DNA of 63,995 bases, counting the filler, from Chrysochromulina tobinii (Eukaryota), in assembly GCA_001275005.1 (NCBI GenBank). It is 7 parts of 7 records of this genome, joined end to end, with 100 filler letters (N's around TTAATTAATTAA, not from the genome) between each part and the next. Parts side by side here need not be neighbours in the genome. Positions count along the whole stretch, not along the records: positions 1 to 5,840 come from JWZX01000805.1; positions 5,941 to 22,185 come from JWZX01000807.1; 5 more parts are not named here. One strand, written 5' to 3'. The notes under the pieces were generated by a model. It had not been told where the DNA came from. It searched no databases and saw only the letters and a list, made by a program, of their open reading frames with translations. Below, in pieces: positions 1 to 11,184 of this stretch (the stretch's first letter is position 1; every line of letters begins with the position of its first letter). The position numbers were made by a program, and so were the translations under genes.

Positions 1-310
1 CGAGAGAGCGGGCGGATAAGTGAGTTAGACAGTTGCTTTTGTCATTTGTGGCTAGTGTGTCATCGTAGTAGTCGGTACATACATGTACATGTATCATGTA
101 CGTTGCGTCGCAGTCAATAGTGTGTGAGTGGCATCAATTTCAGGGCCTAAATGTAGTGATTTACAGTCAATATCGCCAACATTTTCGCGCCTGCGGCGGG
201 CAGAAATCCCGCGCGCATTGCGCGCGGGGCAACTTGATTACCCCCCCTCTATAGAGCACCCCTGTCACCTCCCAAGACGCAAGAGGCCGTCGACTACCAT
301 GGTACCCGGG

Positions 311-444
311 GAAACACCATAGGGTAATTACCTGAGTGTTGAAACCCTCCCCCAAGGTCAAAATCTCGCGCCCCACTATGTAGAAACACCATAGGGTAAT
401 TACCTGAGTGTTGAAACCCTCCCCCAAGGTCAAAATCTCGCGCC
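311..444. repeat. 62-nt direct repeat, period 72 (311-372 and 383-444)
   Basis: GAAACACCATAGGGTAATTACCTGAGTGTTGAAACCCTCCCCCAAGGTCAAAATCTCGCGCC occurs twice. Confidence 0.9.
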
Positions 445-451
445 GCCGGGC

Positions 452-666
452 GTGAAATCACAGACCCCTGAGCCCTGTGAAATCACACCCCCGGGCGTGA
501 AATCACACACCCCTGCAAAATCACACCCCCGGGCGTGAAATCACAGACGGGGTGTGAAATCACAGGTGCCGCCTGCGAAATCAGCAAATCACAGGGGGTG
601 TGAAATCGCAGGTAGGTGTGAATTCATAGGTTCCTGTGATTTCACACCGCCCCACCTGCGAAATCA
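452..666. repeat. Cluster of (GT)GAAATCACA motifs in direct and inverted orientation, resembling transposon subterminal repeats
   Basis: About 10 GAAATCAC-like copies, with an inverted TGTGATTTCAC near 635-645; no convincing ORF. Confidence 0.6.
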
Positions 667-1305
667 TGGGACCCCACAAGTACCCTATGCTCTGCCACCT
701 GCCACCCACCAATTGCCACCCACGCGCCCCGCGGCCGACTCAGAAGAGGCCGCCCCCTCCCGTCCGATGAGGGATGAGGCATGAGCGTGTAAAGCACACG
801 CCAGGGAGGCACCGGACCCACGGACCGCCGTCACCGCCCACTTACACTAAGCATCGAACAAATCCGATACTCCACATACCGTACCGCCACGGCCAAAGAA
901 GCAAGCTTCTCACGTGACTTGCGCGCAAAGCAGGCCCCAGGCACATGCGTGTGTGCCGACGAGGCAGCATGCAGACGCGCGGCGAGGCACGGAAGCGCGC
1001 TCGAACGGTTCCAGTGTCCTCGTTGCATGTATGATCGTAAGCGCTGGAGCACACCCGGTTCCAGTGCCGTACCCGCTGCCCGGATTCGTCATCGTGATCT
1101 CAAAGATCTTAGAGATGAATAACGTAGTCGCCGTCGCACGCCTTTTGCGACGGTTGTGTACATGTACGACTCGAAAGCGGTGCGTCGGGCGGCCGTGCCG
1201 CTATCCAAGCCCCTTGCGTTATCGGGCGGGTCTCGCAGAGTCTGTTGACACATGAGAAGCTTGCACGGCACTCAAGTCGCTCCGAACGTGTCCTCCTCGC
1301 CGTCG

Positions 1306-2076
1306 TCACTTCGCCTTCTTGCCCATGGTGCCGAGCGCTTTGAGCATGCCGAGAGTGATCTTCCTGAACCACATGACGGAGAGAGCCCAAAGGAAGACGT
1401 TGCCGGGCAGCAGCAGATATCGCAGCACCGGGTCGAGCTCATCGAGCTTGCCGAGCGCCGGGAGCGTCACGAAGAGGTCGCGGCTCAGCCGCCACGCGCA
1501 GACCACCAGTGAGATCATGCGCGTCGTCACAAAGCCTATCCATAGGATGATCCCGTTTGGGACGTAAAACGGGTGGTCCTTCAGGTTAGCCGCGTTCATG
1601 ACAAACAGCACCGAGAGCGGCACGTTGGTGAACTCCGCGAGGCCAGCCCAGGCGACGAAGTAGCCTAGGTGCCCGCTGCGGAGCGACAACGAGACCACCA
1701 CAATCCCGAGCACGTGGTGTGCGAATTCCGCGAGCGTCTTGCCAAAGTACAAGTAGAGAGAGGTCTCGTACAGCACGAGCGCTAGGTTCAGGCTCAGGCC
1801 TGCATCTAGAGAATCGCTCGAAGCAAACGTGCGCTGCATCACTGCGGCATCGGCATCATCAAACATCGTAGTTTTCCAGTTGCTTGGCCCGAAGAGTGCT
1901 GCGACGTAGAGGCCAAACACAAATGTGAGGACGATGACGTTCACGGCGCTCTGCACTGCGAGCGAGCGTTCTTTTGCTGTCGGTGATGCAAGCCACGACC
2001 GACTGGTGCACAAGAGGTTGATCATGGCGTGCAGTACTCCGCACAGTGCAGTGCCACCGAGCACGAGGTTGAGCAT
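1306..2076 (-). CDS. TLC (TRAM/LAG1/CLN8) domain membrane protein
   Basis: Multiple TM helices with the TLC motifs FAHHVLG, LAEFTNVPL and NGIILWIGFVTTRM; start placed at MLNLVLGG. Confidence 0.8.
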   Translation of the reverse strand: MLNLVLGGTALCGVLHAMINLLCTSRSWLASPTAKERSLAVQSAVNVIVLTFVFGLYVAALFGPSNWKTTMFDDADAAVMQRTFASSDSLDAGLSLNLALVLYETSLYLYFGKTLAEFAHHVLGIVVVSLSLRSGHLGYFVAWAGLAEFTNVPLSVLFVMNAANLKDHPFYVPNGIILWIGFVTTRMISLVVCAWRLSRDLFVTLPALGKLDELDPVLRYLLLPGNVFLWALSVMWFRKITLGMLKALGTMGKKAK

Positions 2077-2510
2077 GGTTGGCGTCTTGGTCTCGATTAC
2101 TATTGTAGGAAAGAATGGTGGCTGGTCGCAGATCCGCGAGATCACACCCGCTCAAAATGGTCCAGACATGAAATAGTGTGGGTGTCCGTGCTTATATGTA
2201 TTGGCCGTTATACTTGTGGGCCGCGCGTAGGGGGGGTCCAACGAACCGCCCTCTGCCAAGGGGGAGTTCTAGCCGCCCCCTGTAGCCGCCCGATGGTCGC
2301 CCGCCTCGTTAGCTGGTACGGTCCGACTGAGACAAAAGAAAACTGCAAGGCTTCACAGGTTTTGGTGAATCGATTGCGGCCCACTCGGCCGTGGCCGGGC
2401 CCTTGCCCGTAACCTTGCCCGCTGGACGGGATTGGGGGAATTTTCAAGACAAGAAAAGGGAATAATATTTTCAATACAATAAATACAAGACATCATATAA
2501 TCCTATATGT

Positions 2511-2580
2511 CTTAGTGGATATCTCGACCCGTACCCCGTATTGTTCCACGGTGTGCCTGTGTCTCAATTCTCACTCACTC
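2511..2580. repeat. ~70-nt repeat ending in a (CTCA)n tract; reverse complement of 57686-57763; possible LTR-end fragment
   Basis: AGTGGATATCTCGACCCGTACCCCGTATTGTTCCACGGTGTG...TCTCAAT-CTCACTCACTC matches the 57.7 kb copy on the opposite strand. Confidence 0.75.
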
Positions 2581-2599
2581 TGAGGTTACTGACTACTAC

Positions 2600-2990
2600 C
2601 GTTAAATATGACACCGGGGGGGAGCCGGGACACACACGGGACAGACACACGAACCGCACAAACCGAACCCCCTCAAAACCAACCCACCCACCAACTCGCG
2701 CGCGCCAGACCACACCCAAACCGCGCCAGTCCACACCCAAACCCCGGGACGCACGCGTCGCCACAAACCGCACCACACACCCCATCAAGCGCGGTGGTGG
2801 TGACGGAGATGGCGACGGCGCCCAGACGAGGGAGCGGGAGCGGCGAGGGCGCAAGCCTGACGGCATCGGTGGCGGCACTCCTCCGCGTGCCGGGCGGCGC
2901 GGACGAGGTACACCAAGAGGTACACGCGGCTTCGGCGTTCGCGAGCGGCTGATGGCGCTCACGGTTCATGCCCGGCAAGTCTTTTTACCG
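2600..2990 (+). mobile_element. MITE-like element of the CGGTAAAAAGACACCGGGGGGAGCCGGGACACACAC family
   Basis: The left end CGTTAAATATGACACCGG and right end GTCTTTTTACCG form imperfect terminal inverted repeats; the same left end occurs at ~44055 (+) and ~55617 (-). Confidence 0.6.
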
Positions 2991-3001
2991 ATAATCCTGA
3001 G

Positions 3002-4693
3002 ATGACCGTCGCAATTCGCTTCGACCAATCGTTGACTTCTGTGAAGCAAGCAAGCGATTCTGTGAAACGTCCAAAACTTCTCCTCAAGTTTGCGGACGGA
3101 ACAGCCTTCCGTGCCAGGCCCGACATGCGCGCCCAATCTCCTCTCCGAGAGCTTGGTAGCCCGAGCTCTTTCTCGTCCGGGTACTCGCGCTCAGCGACGA
3201 TGTCTGGTCCGGGACCGGGCACCTCCGCCTCGTACACACGCCCGCCCCTCATCACGCCGGGCACGACGCCGTCGGTCATCGCAAACCACCTCGCCGCCGT
3301 CGCCGCGGGCCCCTGGAGGACGGCGACGTTCCAGTCCCCGCATCCGTCGCAGCCGAACTTATCGCCGCCGCGCCAGCCCGTCTCGCCACCGAACACGCAG
3401 CTCAACCGCTCGCCCACCGCGGAGGCGCTCCAGCAGCGTGCGGCCGTTGTGACGCCGGACATAGTGATCATGCGTGAGCTCGAAACGAGCAGTTCGTCGG
3501 AGCGCGGCAGCCCTCTGCGGCTGGACGACGCGATCATCGCGACGACCCGCGCGCGCGACGAGTCCGAGCGCGTCCTTGCCGAGGTGATCGCGGGAATTGA
3601 ACGCTCCTTCCAGCCGCACGACGACAAGCGGCTTGTGTGCCGTGCGTACGTGGCGCAGCTCGCGCGGACGATAGGGCGGCTGCGCGACGCGACGGCGCGG
3701 CTCGAGCGCGAGTCCGCCGACTGCTTGCGCCACAGCGCCACCGACCGGGCCGAGCTCCAATCGAAGCTGTACCACCAGAAGGTGCAAGCGCAGGGGCACG
3801 CGAAGCTGCTGAAGAGCGAGCTGGAGCGGGTGGAGGCGGAGCGTCAGGCGCATGCGGACCAACTGAACCTCGAGTTTGAGCGGCTGCGGCGCGGCTATGA
3901 GGACGAGTCAGCCCGATTCGGATCCGATGTCTCACGCCTCCAGCACTCCCTCGACGCCTCCCGTGCTGAGACAGCGTCGATCTGGCAAAAGTCCCAGCAG
4001 CAGCAGTCGACACTCACCAAGGAGGTGGAGGCGCTGCGGAATGCGAATGCGCAGCTGATTGAGGAGCTCGAGAGCTGCCGCGACGCGTCCGGCGCCGACG
4101 CGGCCACGCTGCGCACAAAACTCATCCAGCTGGAAGCGGACAAGCGCGCGACCTCCCAGCGACTCGTTCAGGACAATGTGTTCATCACGCAGCTGGCGAG
4201 CGACACGCAGGCGAATCTCGAGGCGCAGCTAACGCGGCTGAGTGCGGAGAAGGAGGCGACCATCGCGCAGATGCGCGCGCAGCTCTTCCAGCTCCAGGCG
4301 CAGCGCGACGGTGAGGTTGGCGCCCTTGAGGCCGCTCTCAAGCACCTAGGTAGGGAGAAGGAGAGCTCCGAGCACCGGTTGCGGAATATGATGCAGAGGA
4401 AGCGCAGCGAATGGGAGGAGGAGGCGTCCGCGCTGCGGGGCAAGGTGCATCGGCTGATGGCTGTCCAGAAGGCCGCCATGGACGCACCCGGGCACCGCAA
4501 AGCGCATGAGATATTATACTGGAACCACGTCAAGGGGGATGGCTCCGACGCCTCCCTGACTTGGCGTGCTGCTGACGAAACCCTGGGCTCACATGGCTAC
4601 TCGTCTCCGGTACGCACGGCGGCAGGCTCCGACTCACCACCGCGCGGTGCCTGGTCGCCACCGCGCACTCGCGGGCCAGAGAGCCCCCTCTAA
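3002..4693 (+). CDS. Coiled-coil protein with Ser/Pro-rich N-terminus, function unknown
   Basis: 563-aa ATG-started ORF with a long heptad-rich E/Q/L/R region. Confidence 0.75.
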   Translation: MTVAIRFDQSLTSVKQASDSVKRPKLLLKFADGTAFRARPDMRAQSPLRELGSPSSFSSGYSRSATMSGPGPGTSASYTRPPLITPGTTPSVIANHLAAVAAGPWRTATFQSPHPSQPNLSPPRQPVSPPNTQLNRSPTAEALQQRAAVVTPDIVIMRELETSSSSERGSPLRLDDAIIATTRARDESERVLAEVIAGIERSFQPHDDKRLVCRAYVAQLARTIGRLRDATARLERESADCLRHSATDRAELQSKLYHQKVQAQGHAKLLKSELERVEAERQAHADQLNLEFERLRRGYEDESARFGSDVSRLQHSLDASRAETASIWQKSQQQQSTLTKEVEALRNANAQLIEELESCRDASGADAATLRTKLIQLEADKRATSQRLVQDNVFITQLASDTQANLEAQLTRLSAEKEATIAQMRAQLFQLQAQRDGEVGALEAALKHLGREKESSEHRLRNMMQRKRSEWEEEASALRGKVHRLMAVQKAAMDAPGHRKAHEILYWNHVKGDGSDASLTWRAADETLGSHGYSSPVRTAAGSDSPPRGAWSPPRTRGPESPL

Positions 4694-5840
4694 ACAACCT
4701 CTGAGACGGTAGCCGTCGGTACCGACGCCGAGGGTGGCTGCTCGGCAGCAAGCGGAGAGCACGCAGGTTGCGCGGCGGCATGCAGGCTGCAGTATAGTGA
4801 CGAGAGGGCCGGACGGAGTCTGTATCTGGGGCGCGACGAGCGACGTGAGTCGGTCGAGTGTCTCGTCGGTCGTGAATCGTGTGGCCGTGCCGTGACGGGA
4901 GGTGTGCACGCTGGGGCGAGCCGCCCCCCGGAGGCGGAGCCCGCGCCGCGGCCAGCGCGTCACCCGGTGGCCGGCGTCAGGCGCTCAGCGCTCAGGGCGC
5001 CGGACCCCGACCGCACCGGACCCGAGCGCGGCGGCGGCGTGAATTGCGTGTGGTTTGCGTGTGGCCCCGGGTGCTCGAGCTGGGGAGAGCACACCGAGAG
5101 CTCGCGTTACGCTGTACGCTCGGCAGCTCGCGCCCGGCGCCGCGCCGCCGCCGCCCTCGAGAGGGGGTCCGGTGGCGGTGCCTCAGGTGACAGGTCGAGT
5201 GCATCGGGGCGGTCGAAGGGCGGTCGGGCGCGTCGTGTGCGGCGTAACGTCGGGCGCGCGTAACTCCGCATATCCCGCCGTCTTCTCTGTGCATCACAAG
5301 TTAGGGATGATGATTTATAATCGGCATGCCCGAGAGCTGGCCACTAAGGGCCGAGCTCTGAGTCCCAGTAGTGTGGTGCCGGAGAGGCGGTGACGGGCGG
5401 TAAAGGCGGTTGGGCGGCGTCGTGCGGTCACTGGTTAGATATCCCAATGGGTGGGTGGCCGTGGGTTAAAGAGGTAAAGAGGTAGCAGCTGAGTATCCGC
5501 GCCGGGACCGGCGCATCATTAAGGCTGCTGGGTTCTGTGGTTTAGGGTCTGTGACGTGATGAGGTTCTTGGTTAGAAAGGAATGAGGATCATTAGGTCGA
5601 GCTGGACGTCGCTGAACGGGAGGCCGCGGTCGTCTGCGGCTTCGGTGAAGCGCACGGTGGCGGCGTTGGCGCGGTGCAGCGCGATGATGTGCGCCGTCCA
5701 GCCTTGTCCCCCGTGCTCTGTGCAAGGATAAGATGGCCAGCATGCTGCGGGCACGCGTACGCGGCGTCCGACGCCGTTGCTGGTCGTGATCGGGGTGGTA
5801 TCAGGCGGCGCCGGCGGTAGAGCCGTGGTGTCACCAGCGT

Positions 5841-5940
5841 NNNNNNNNNNNNNNNNNNNNNNNNNNNNNNNNNNNNNNNNNNNNTTAATTAATTAANNNN
5901 NNNNNNNNNNNNNNNNNNNNNNNNNNNNNNNNNNNNNNNN
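5841..5940. other. Artificial contig spacer (N44-TTAATTAATTAA-N44)
   Basis: Identical 100-nt six-frame-stop linker occurs six times in the window. Confidence 0.98.
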
Positions 5941-7595
5941 GGGGCTGGTGCGGGGGGGGCGGCGGCCGGGGGGAGGTACCGAATCAGAGGGGCGCCCATA
6001 TCGCGGCTCTTGGTGCGCTTGAGGGCGGGCAGGACCGCACCCTCGTTGGCGCCATGTTGGGCGCCTTGCTCTCTCCACAACGCAAGCCCTGCGCTCTCCA
6101 CAACGCCCGACACAACGCGCGCCTCTGCGGTGGGCACCGAGCCGAAGGGCGCCGTGTCGGGCGCAAAGGAGCCGCCTGCCGCGCCGTGTCGGGCGGCCGT
6201 GGCGGCGTCTTCACGCGCCTGGTGCTTGCGCAGCTGCTGGCGCTGCCGCTTGCGTTGCTCCTTGGCGCGCAGCCGCTGCTGCTTGCGCTGCTGCTTCTCG
6301 AGCGCCGTCTCGAGCAGAGCGGCCTGTCCATCCTTGGCGGCGCGCTCGATACGGCGCTCCTCGGCGCTCCTCGGCGCTTCGTCGCCGGAGGGTTCGTCAA
6401 TTGAGCCGGTTTCGTCAATTGAGCCGGAGGGTGCGTCAATTGAGCCGGAGGGTTCGTCAATGGAGCCGGAGGGTTCGTCAATGGTCTCGTCGGCGCCTCG
6501 GTGCTCGATCTCGTCCATGAGCTCGCCCTGCGCCTCCGCCTGCCCCCCTTGCCTCGCCTGCCCCCCTTGCCTCGCCTGCCCCCCTTGCCTCGCCTGCTCG
6601 AGGCTCTGGTACTCCTCAAGCACGCGCCTCGCATTCCTCAGCAGCAGCGAGCCGGGCCCCTTGTCCGAAAGCGGGCTCGTCGGGTTCGTCACGCCCTTTT
6701 TGGTCGTGGCGGCCGAGGCGGTCTGCACTAGGGGGAGGGGCGTCGTCGTGGGCGGCCCGTACGCGGCGCCGTGCAGCCGGAACCGCACGCTGACCACATC
6801 CTCGGCTGACGTGAGCAGGGGCGCCCCGACCTGCGACTCTGACGAAGTCCATTTACTTGCGGAGGCTGCTGACCAGTCGTCGTTGAGACCCAAGCGTACG
6901 GGCACCTGGACCGTGCGGAACGATCGGCGCGCTGCGTCCGCTGACGCACCACCGCTCGCGCTGCCGCTCGCGCTGCCGGTCGACGCCTGACGCGACAACG
7001 CGCGCGACGCCCCCGCCGGCGTCTTCCCCTCCCTCTCGTACGAGCCGCCCACGACGACGCCTCCGGTGTGCGCTGCCGCCGCGTCGGTTGCCGACATGCT
7101 CGCCTTCTTGGGCGGCAAGAGGGAGGAGGGGCAGCGTCCCCTGCCGGCGGGGGCGGCGTTGGCGCCGGTGAGCTCGTCTGCAGGGATGGCACCAGGCATC
7201 GCCTGGGTGGACCACTTTTTGGCCGGCTCGTTCGCCCAGCCATCGTCGAGGCCGAGCCGCACGGGGCCCGTGATCTTGCGCCCCGTGGTGCGGCGCGCCT
7301 CGTTGGCGTCGGCGTTGCTCGAGGTGTCGGCGTTGCTCGCGTTGTCGACGCTGCTCGCGGCGGGGGCCGTCGCCTCCGCCTCGCGCGTCACAGTCTCCTC
7401 TGGCGACGCCTCCTGACAGAGCTTGCTTTCGTCTCCATTCGACTCTGCCTCCTTCTCCGTCCGGCTGCGCTTGCGCTCGAGAAAGGGGATGGCACAGGTC
7501 CCCGCGTGGTGCTCGGTGAGGATGCATCCGTTGATGCCGCACATGAAGTAGCCCCCCTCTGTGGCAGGGGGCGATCCCCTCGACAGGCTGGCCAT
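5941..7595 (-). CDS. Low-complexity hypothetical protein with an N-terminal CGxxGCxLxxHHxGxC putative Zn-binding motif; 3' end truncated
   Basis: Long ORF from MASLSRG; duplicated PVRLGLxDxW motif; DEPSGSI and QARQGG repeats; runs into the gap. Confidence 0.65.
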
Positions 7596-8411
7596 GCAGC
7601 AGGTGAAAATTAGTGTGAGACGCGTGCGTTCCAGAGCCAGAGTTGGGAGAGCTCGTCTGGAAATACACTTCCTTTTCCAAATCTGGGTTTTTTGGATGGA
7701 TCGGCAAGAGTTCAACAGAAACACACCGCTCCTAAGAAACTACCCAACCCAACATTCAAGCACACTCCAAACCATGCCGACGACTGCTATGTGGGGGTTT
7801 GGGTGTGGCGGCCATGAGATTTTTGCTACATAAACTGGGGCGTGCTCAGGCGTCGTGCGTGCGTGGCTGCGTGCTTAGCGTGCGGCCCATCGGGCGCGCC
7901 CACGCTCACCCATTCGACCATTGCGAGTGGCACGCTCGCACTCACACGTTGCATGGTGGCGGGTGGTGGGGCACGTGGGCGAGGTCTCGGCGGGTCTCGC
8001 TCTCGGCGTGTACAAGCCGGGGTAAAGCCGGGGTACATTCAACAACAGTTACGGCAGCTCGGCAGGGTGCGAGCGAGGCTGCGACTTGTGGGCTGCGAAC
8101 GATCAAGTGCCCCCCTCAAAAGTCAAAACCCCCAGCCCCCAGCCCCCCGCACCCCCAGGAGCCAGGTGCGGACGCTCCCCGCCCACTTGCGCCCCCCGTG
8201 ACCGGTGACCCCCAGGAGCCCCCAACCCCCCCAGACCCGAGTTTACATGTACTAGCGATAACATGCGATAGCTTTAGCCCTACCTACGCCCCAAAACTCG
8301 AGTGGAAACCGCCGCGCCTCGAAGTGTCCGAAACGGCGAATTTGAACTCCACTGGAGGACTTCGAGTACGGCGAACGCGTGCAGCGAACGCGCACATTTC
8401 GGAATCAGCAG

Positions 8412-9806
8412 ATGAGCCGGCCAGCGATGAGCATGGCACATGTCATCTCGCCGAGCGCACGGAAGGCACGTGCGGGATCATCGACTCTCGTCGACCTGCA
8501 GCACAAGCAGGCCGAGCTGGTGTACTCGACCCTCGCCCCCATCTTCCTTCGCACGCGGACTGGGCAGGAGCCTCGCGTGACAGCCGAGGATGAGGCCCTG
8601 CTCAAGGCACAGCTTCTGGCGGGCAAGGCCGACGACGGCAGCATCAATGCGCGTATGGTCGCCGCCGAAAAGGGCGCGCAGATGGGCGGCACGATGTCGC
8701 CTAGGAGCGTGCTGGAGCCCCATCGTGAGATGACGGTCTTCAAACAGGCAGTCACCAGCAAGCTCGCCGATCCGGACTTCATCAAGAAGGTCGCGAACGA
8801 CCTATCTCAGTCCATGCTCTCAGCCTCACACCACACACATGAGCGCGCGCACAAGCGGCAAGGCCTACAGGATGGGGGCCGCGAGGAGACCTGCAGCTTC
8901 CCACAGCATGGGGGCCCACGGCCGCCACACATGATGACGAAACCCAAGTTGCGCCCCGGACTCGCCACCCTTTTGGGATCCGATGCTCCAGAATCCTCTG
9001 CAGACTCTGTGACCTTGAACGTCTCGTCCTACAAGTACGGCGCGTACACGACCATCAGCGAGCGCACTCCGAGTGCATCTTCCTCGACAACGACGGAGGC
9101 GTCGTGTTTGGCGGCCGCGACGGAGGCGGCCGTGCTGGAGCGCCTCGAGCAGCAGCGCCGCTCGACGCCGCTCGACTTGCACGCGCTCCTTGCCCACCCG
9201 GATCCTCTCTCGGTGCTCGGGGAGCGTCTCTATCAACTCATCGAGTGCCACGACGTGGCGCTGCCTGGCAAGATCACGGGCATGCTGCTCGACGGGCTGT
9301 CCTTGGACGAGCTGCACTCGTTGCTCGTGAGCGTGCCTCCCGGCGACGCAGCCGCCGCGATTGCTTCATGGATCGGCACCGCACAGCAGGTCTTGCATGA
9401 GGCCGCCGAGGGCATCGCCGCCTTTCCGTGCGAGACGATGCCAAACTCGCCGTTGAAAGGCACTGCTGCTGTCGAGGTCGAGGTGGGAGGCATTGCCGAG
9501 AACAGCGTCGTGTTGGTTGCTGCGGCGGCCGTCCACGCCGCCGCCACCGCCACCGCCGCCGCCTCGGGGGGCGCCACCGCCGCATGCGCACCCGCTGCTG
9601 ACGAAACCCTAACCGCCGCATGCGCACCCGCTGCTGACGAGTGGCGTGTCGTCGCGAGATTGCCACGCGGGCGTGCATCCAAGGGCACCGCCGCCGCCGA
9701 CCCCGCCCCCGACGCCGCCGTCGCCGCCGCTGCAACGCAGGATAGCAAGGGACATCCAGCAGCGAGGTCGCCGCGCAAGCGCAACGGCAGGAAGCAGCAG
9801 GAGTGA
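8412..9806 (+). CDS. Protein with an MLLE/PABC-like domain
   Basis: LGERLYQLIE...PGKITGMLLD...L matches the PABP C-terminal MLLE signature; no RRMs seen. Confidence 0.7.
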   Translation: MSRPAMSMAHVISPSARKARAGSSTLVDLQHKQAELVYSTLAPIFLRTRTGQEPRVTAEDEALLKAQLLAGKADDGSINARMVAAEKGAQMGGTMSPRSVLEPHREMTVFKQAVTSKLADPDFIKKVANDLSQSMLSASHHTHERAHKRQGLQDGGREETCSFPQHGGPRPPHMMTKPKLRPGLATLLGSDAPESSADSVTLNVSSYKYGAYTTISERTPSASSSTTTEASCLAAATEAAVLERLEQQRRSTPLDLHALLAHPDPLSVLGERLYQLIECHDVALPGKITGMLLDGLSLDELHSLLVSVPPGDAAAAIASWIGTAQQVLHEAAEGIAAFPCETMPNSPLKGTAAVEVEVGGIAENSVVLVAAAAVHAAATATAAASGGATAACAPAADETLTAACAPAADEWRVVARLPRGRASKGTAAADPAPDAAVAAAATQDSKGHPAARSPRKRNGRKQQE

Positions 9807-10354
9807 GCCGTTACCCGCCACGGTTTCGTCAGGCGGCGGAGAGCCGTTCCCGCCTGCCCACCTGCCACGATCGCAGCCAGTCGCCCCGCACGAGGCGGAT
9901 CGAGGCCATTACCTAATTTGGGCCATGCGACGCTGAGCATCAAGTGATCTTTCTATTTCAGGTGCCGTGTGCTACAACTAGGAACTTACTAGGAACCACG
10001 TGGCGGAACAGCACGGCACCAGGCATGCGTGCCTCGGCATGTGATCTCGCATGTGATCTCGCATCGCGCCCAAAGGCACAGAGCGCGGTGCCAAGCAGCG
10101 CGTGAGCGTGCTTCCATCCTCATTATGATTTATGTGATATGTCTCGGCACACGGACCATCCGGTGTGAATATATTGTCTACCATGCAGAGATACGCTAAA
10201 TCGACTAAGTACACATGCACGCCATTAGCGCTGTGTAGTGGACGTGCTCACAAACGAGACCTGGTATGCTTGACCGACGACTCTACAGTCTACACTCAGC
10301 TCCTCCTGTGGGTCCGGCAGACCTCACAACCCTCTGCCGTGTGTCCCTCGCTCA

Positions 10355-10855
10355 TCACAGCTCATCTTTGCCACGTCGCCATCCGTGCGCGAAGTCCGCC
10401 ACGTCGCGCATAAACTCCTTGACAAGATTCGCCTGGAATCTTCCGCGGATGTAGGGGTGTTTCTTCATGTCAGCGGTTTCTTCTATGCCGAGGATCTCAT
10501 CGACTCGGTCCTGCACAATGTTCAGCGGCCCGTCGATCATGTACTCGCGCTTGTCGAGGAGAATTGGCCCAACGCGTTTGACAAATTCGCGGAGCTTGGA
10601 GATCTGGTCGGGTCCGCCAACGTCGGGCACGTCATCAGCCCACTTCGCAAAGTCCTTCTTCGCCTCCTCGACTGTGAGGTCGCGGCCGAGCTTCTGCTTG
10701 AGCTTCCTGTAAAAGGTGAGAGCCTTGGCAGTGACATCGTTCCCGAGCTTACCGTCAGGGGTTTTCACCTTGGCTTCGTCCCATCCGGGCTCACTTGCGC
10801 CGTGCGCGGTTGACGCGAAGACTAGAAAGAAAGCCGACGCAGCCAACGTGCGCAT
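10355..10855 (-). CDS. Small ER-lumenal protein (signal peptide plus C-terminal KDEL), 166 aa
   Basis: Signal peptide MRTLAASAFFLVFASTAHG; ends GKDEL-stop. Confidence 0.85.
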   Translation of the reverse strand: MRTLAASAFFLVFASTAHGASEPGWDEAKVKTPDGKLGNDVTAKALTFYRKLKQKLGRDLTVEEAKKDFAKWADDVPDVGGPDQISKLREFVKRVGPILLDKREYMIDGPLNIVQDRVDEILGIEETADMKKHPYIRGRFQANLVKEFMRDVADFAHGWRRGKDEL

Positions 10856-11184
10856 TTCCGGAAAAGGGACGATACAGCAAGAGACTAGCCGTGAACATGT
10901 TATGAACATGTGTGAACAGTCCTCCGCGAGTAAATATGACGACAACCGGGAGTCCGGGACTGAGGGTGACGTGAGGGACCCGAAACGGCACACGCCCCGC
11001 ACGCGGTGTCCATGGGTGTCCATGTCTACCCACAGCCATCGTACCGCGTTAGCTTATTAATCTCGGACCTGTTCGAAGCTTCTCGACCGAGGACAACCGC
11101 CGGGAGCGGAGCGCTCTGTTCTCCTCGAGCGGAGTCACGGAAGAGGCTCAGATTGCTTCAGATTGCTGCCGGGTCTCAAGATTA

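Noticed and set aside
311..444. CRISPR-like repeat
   Set aside because: Only two 62-nt units with a 10-nt spacer, eukaryotic context and no cas genes.
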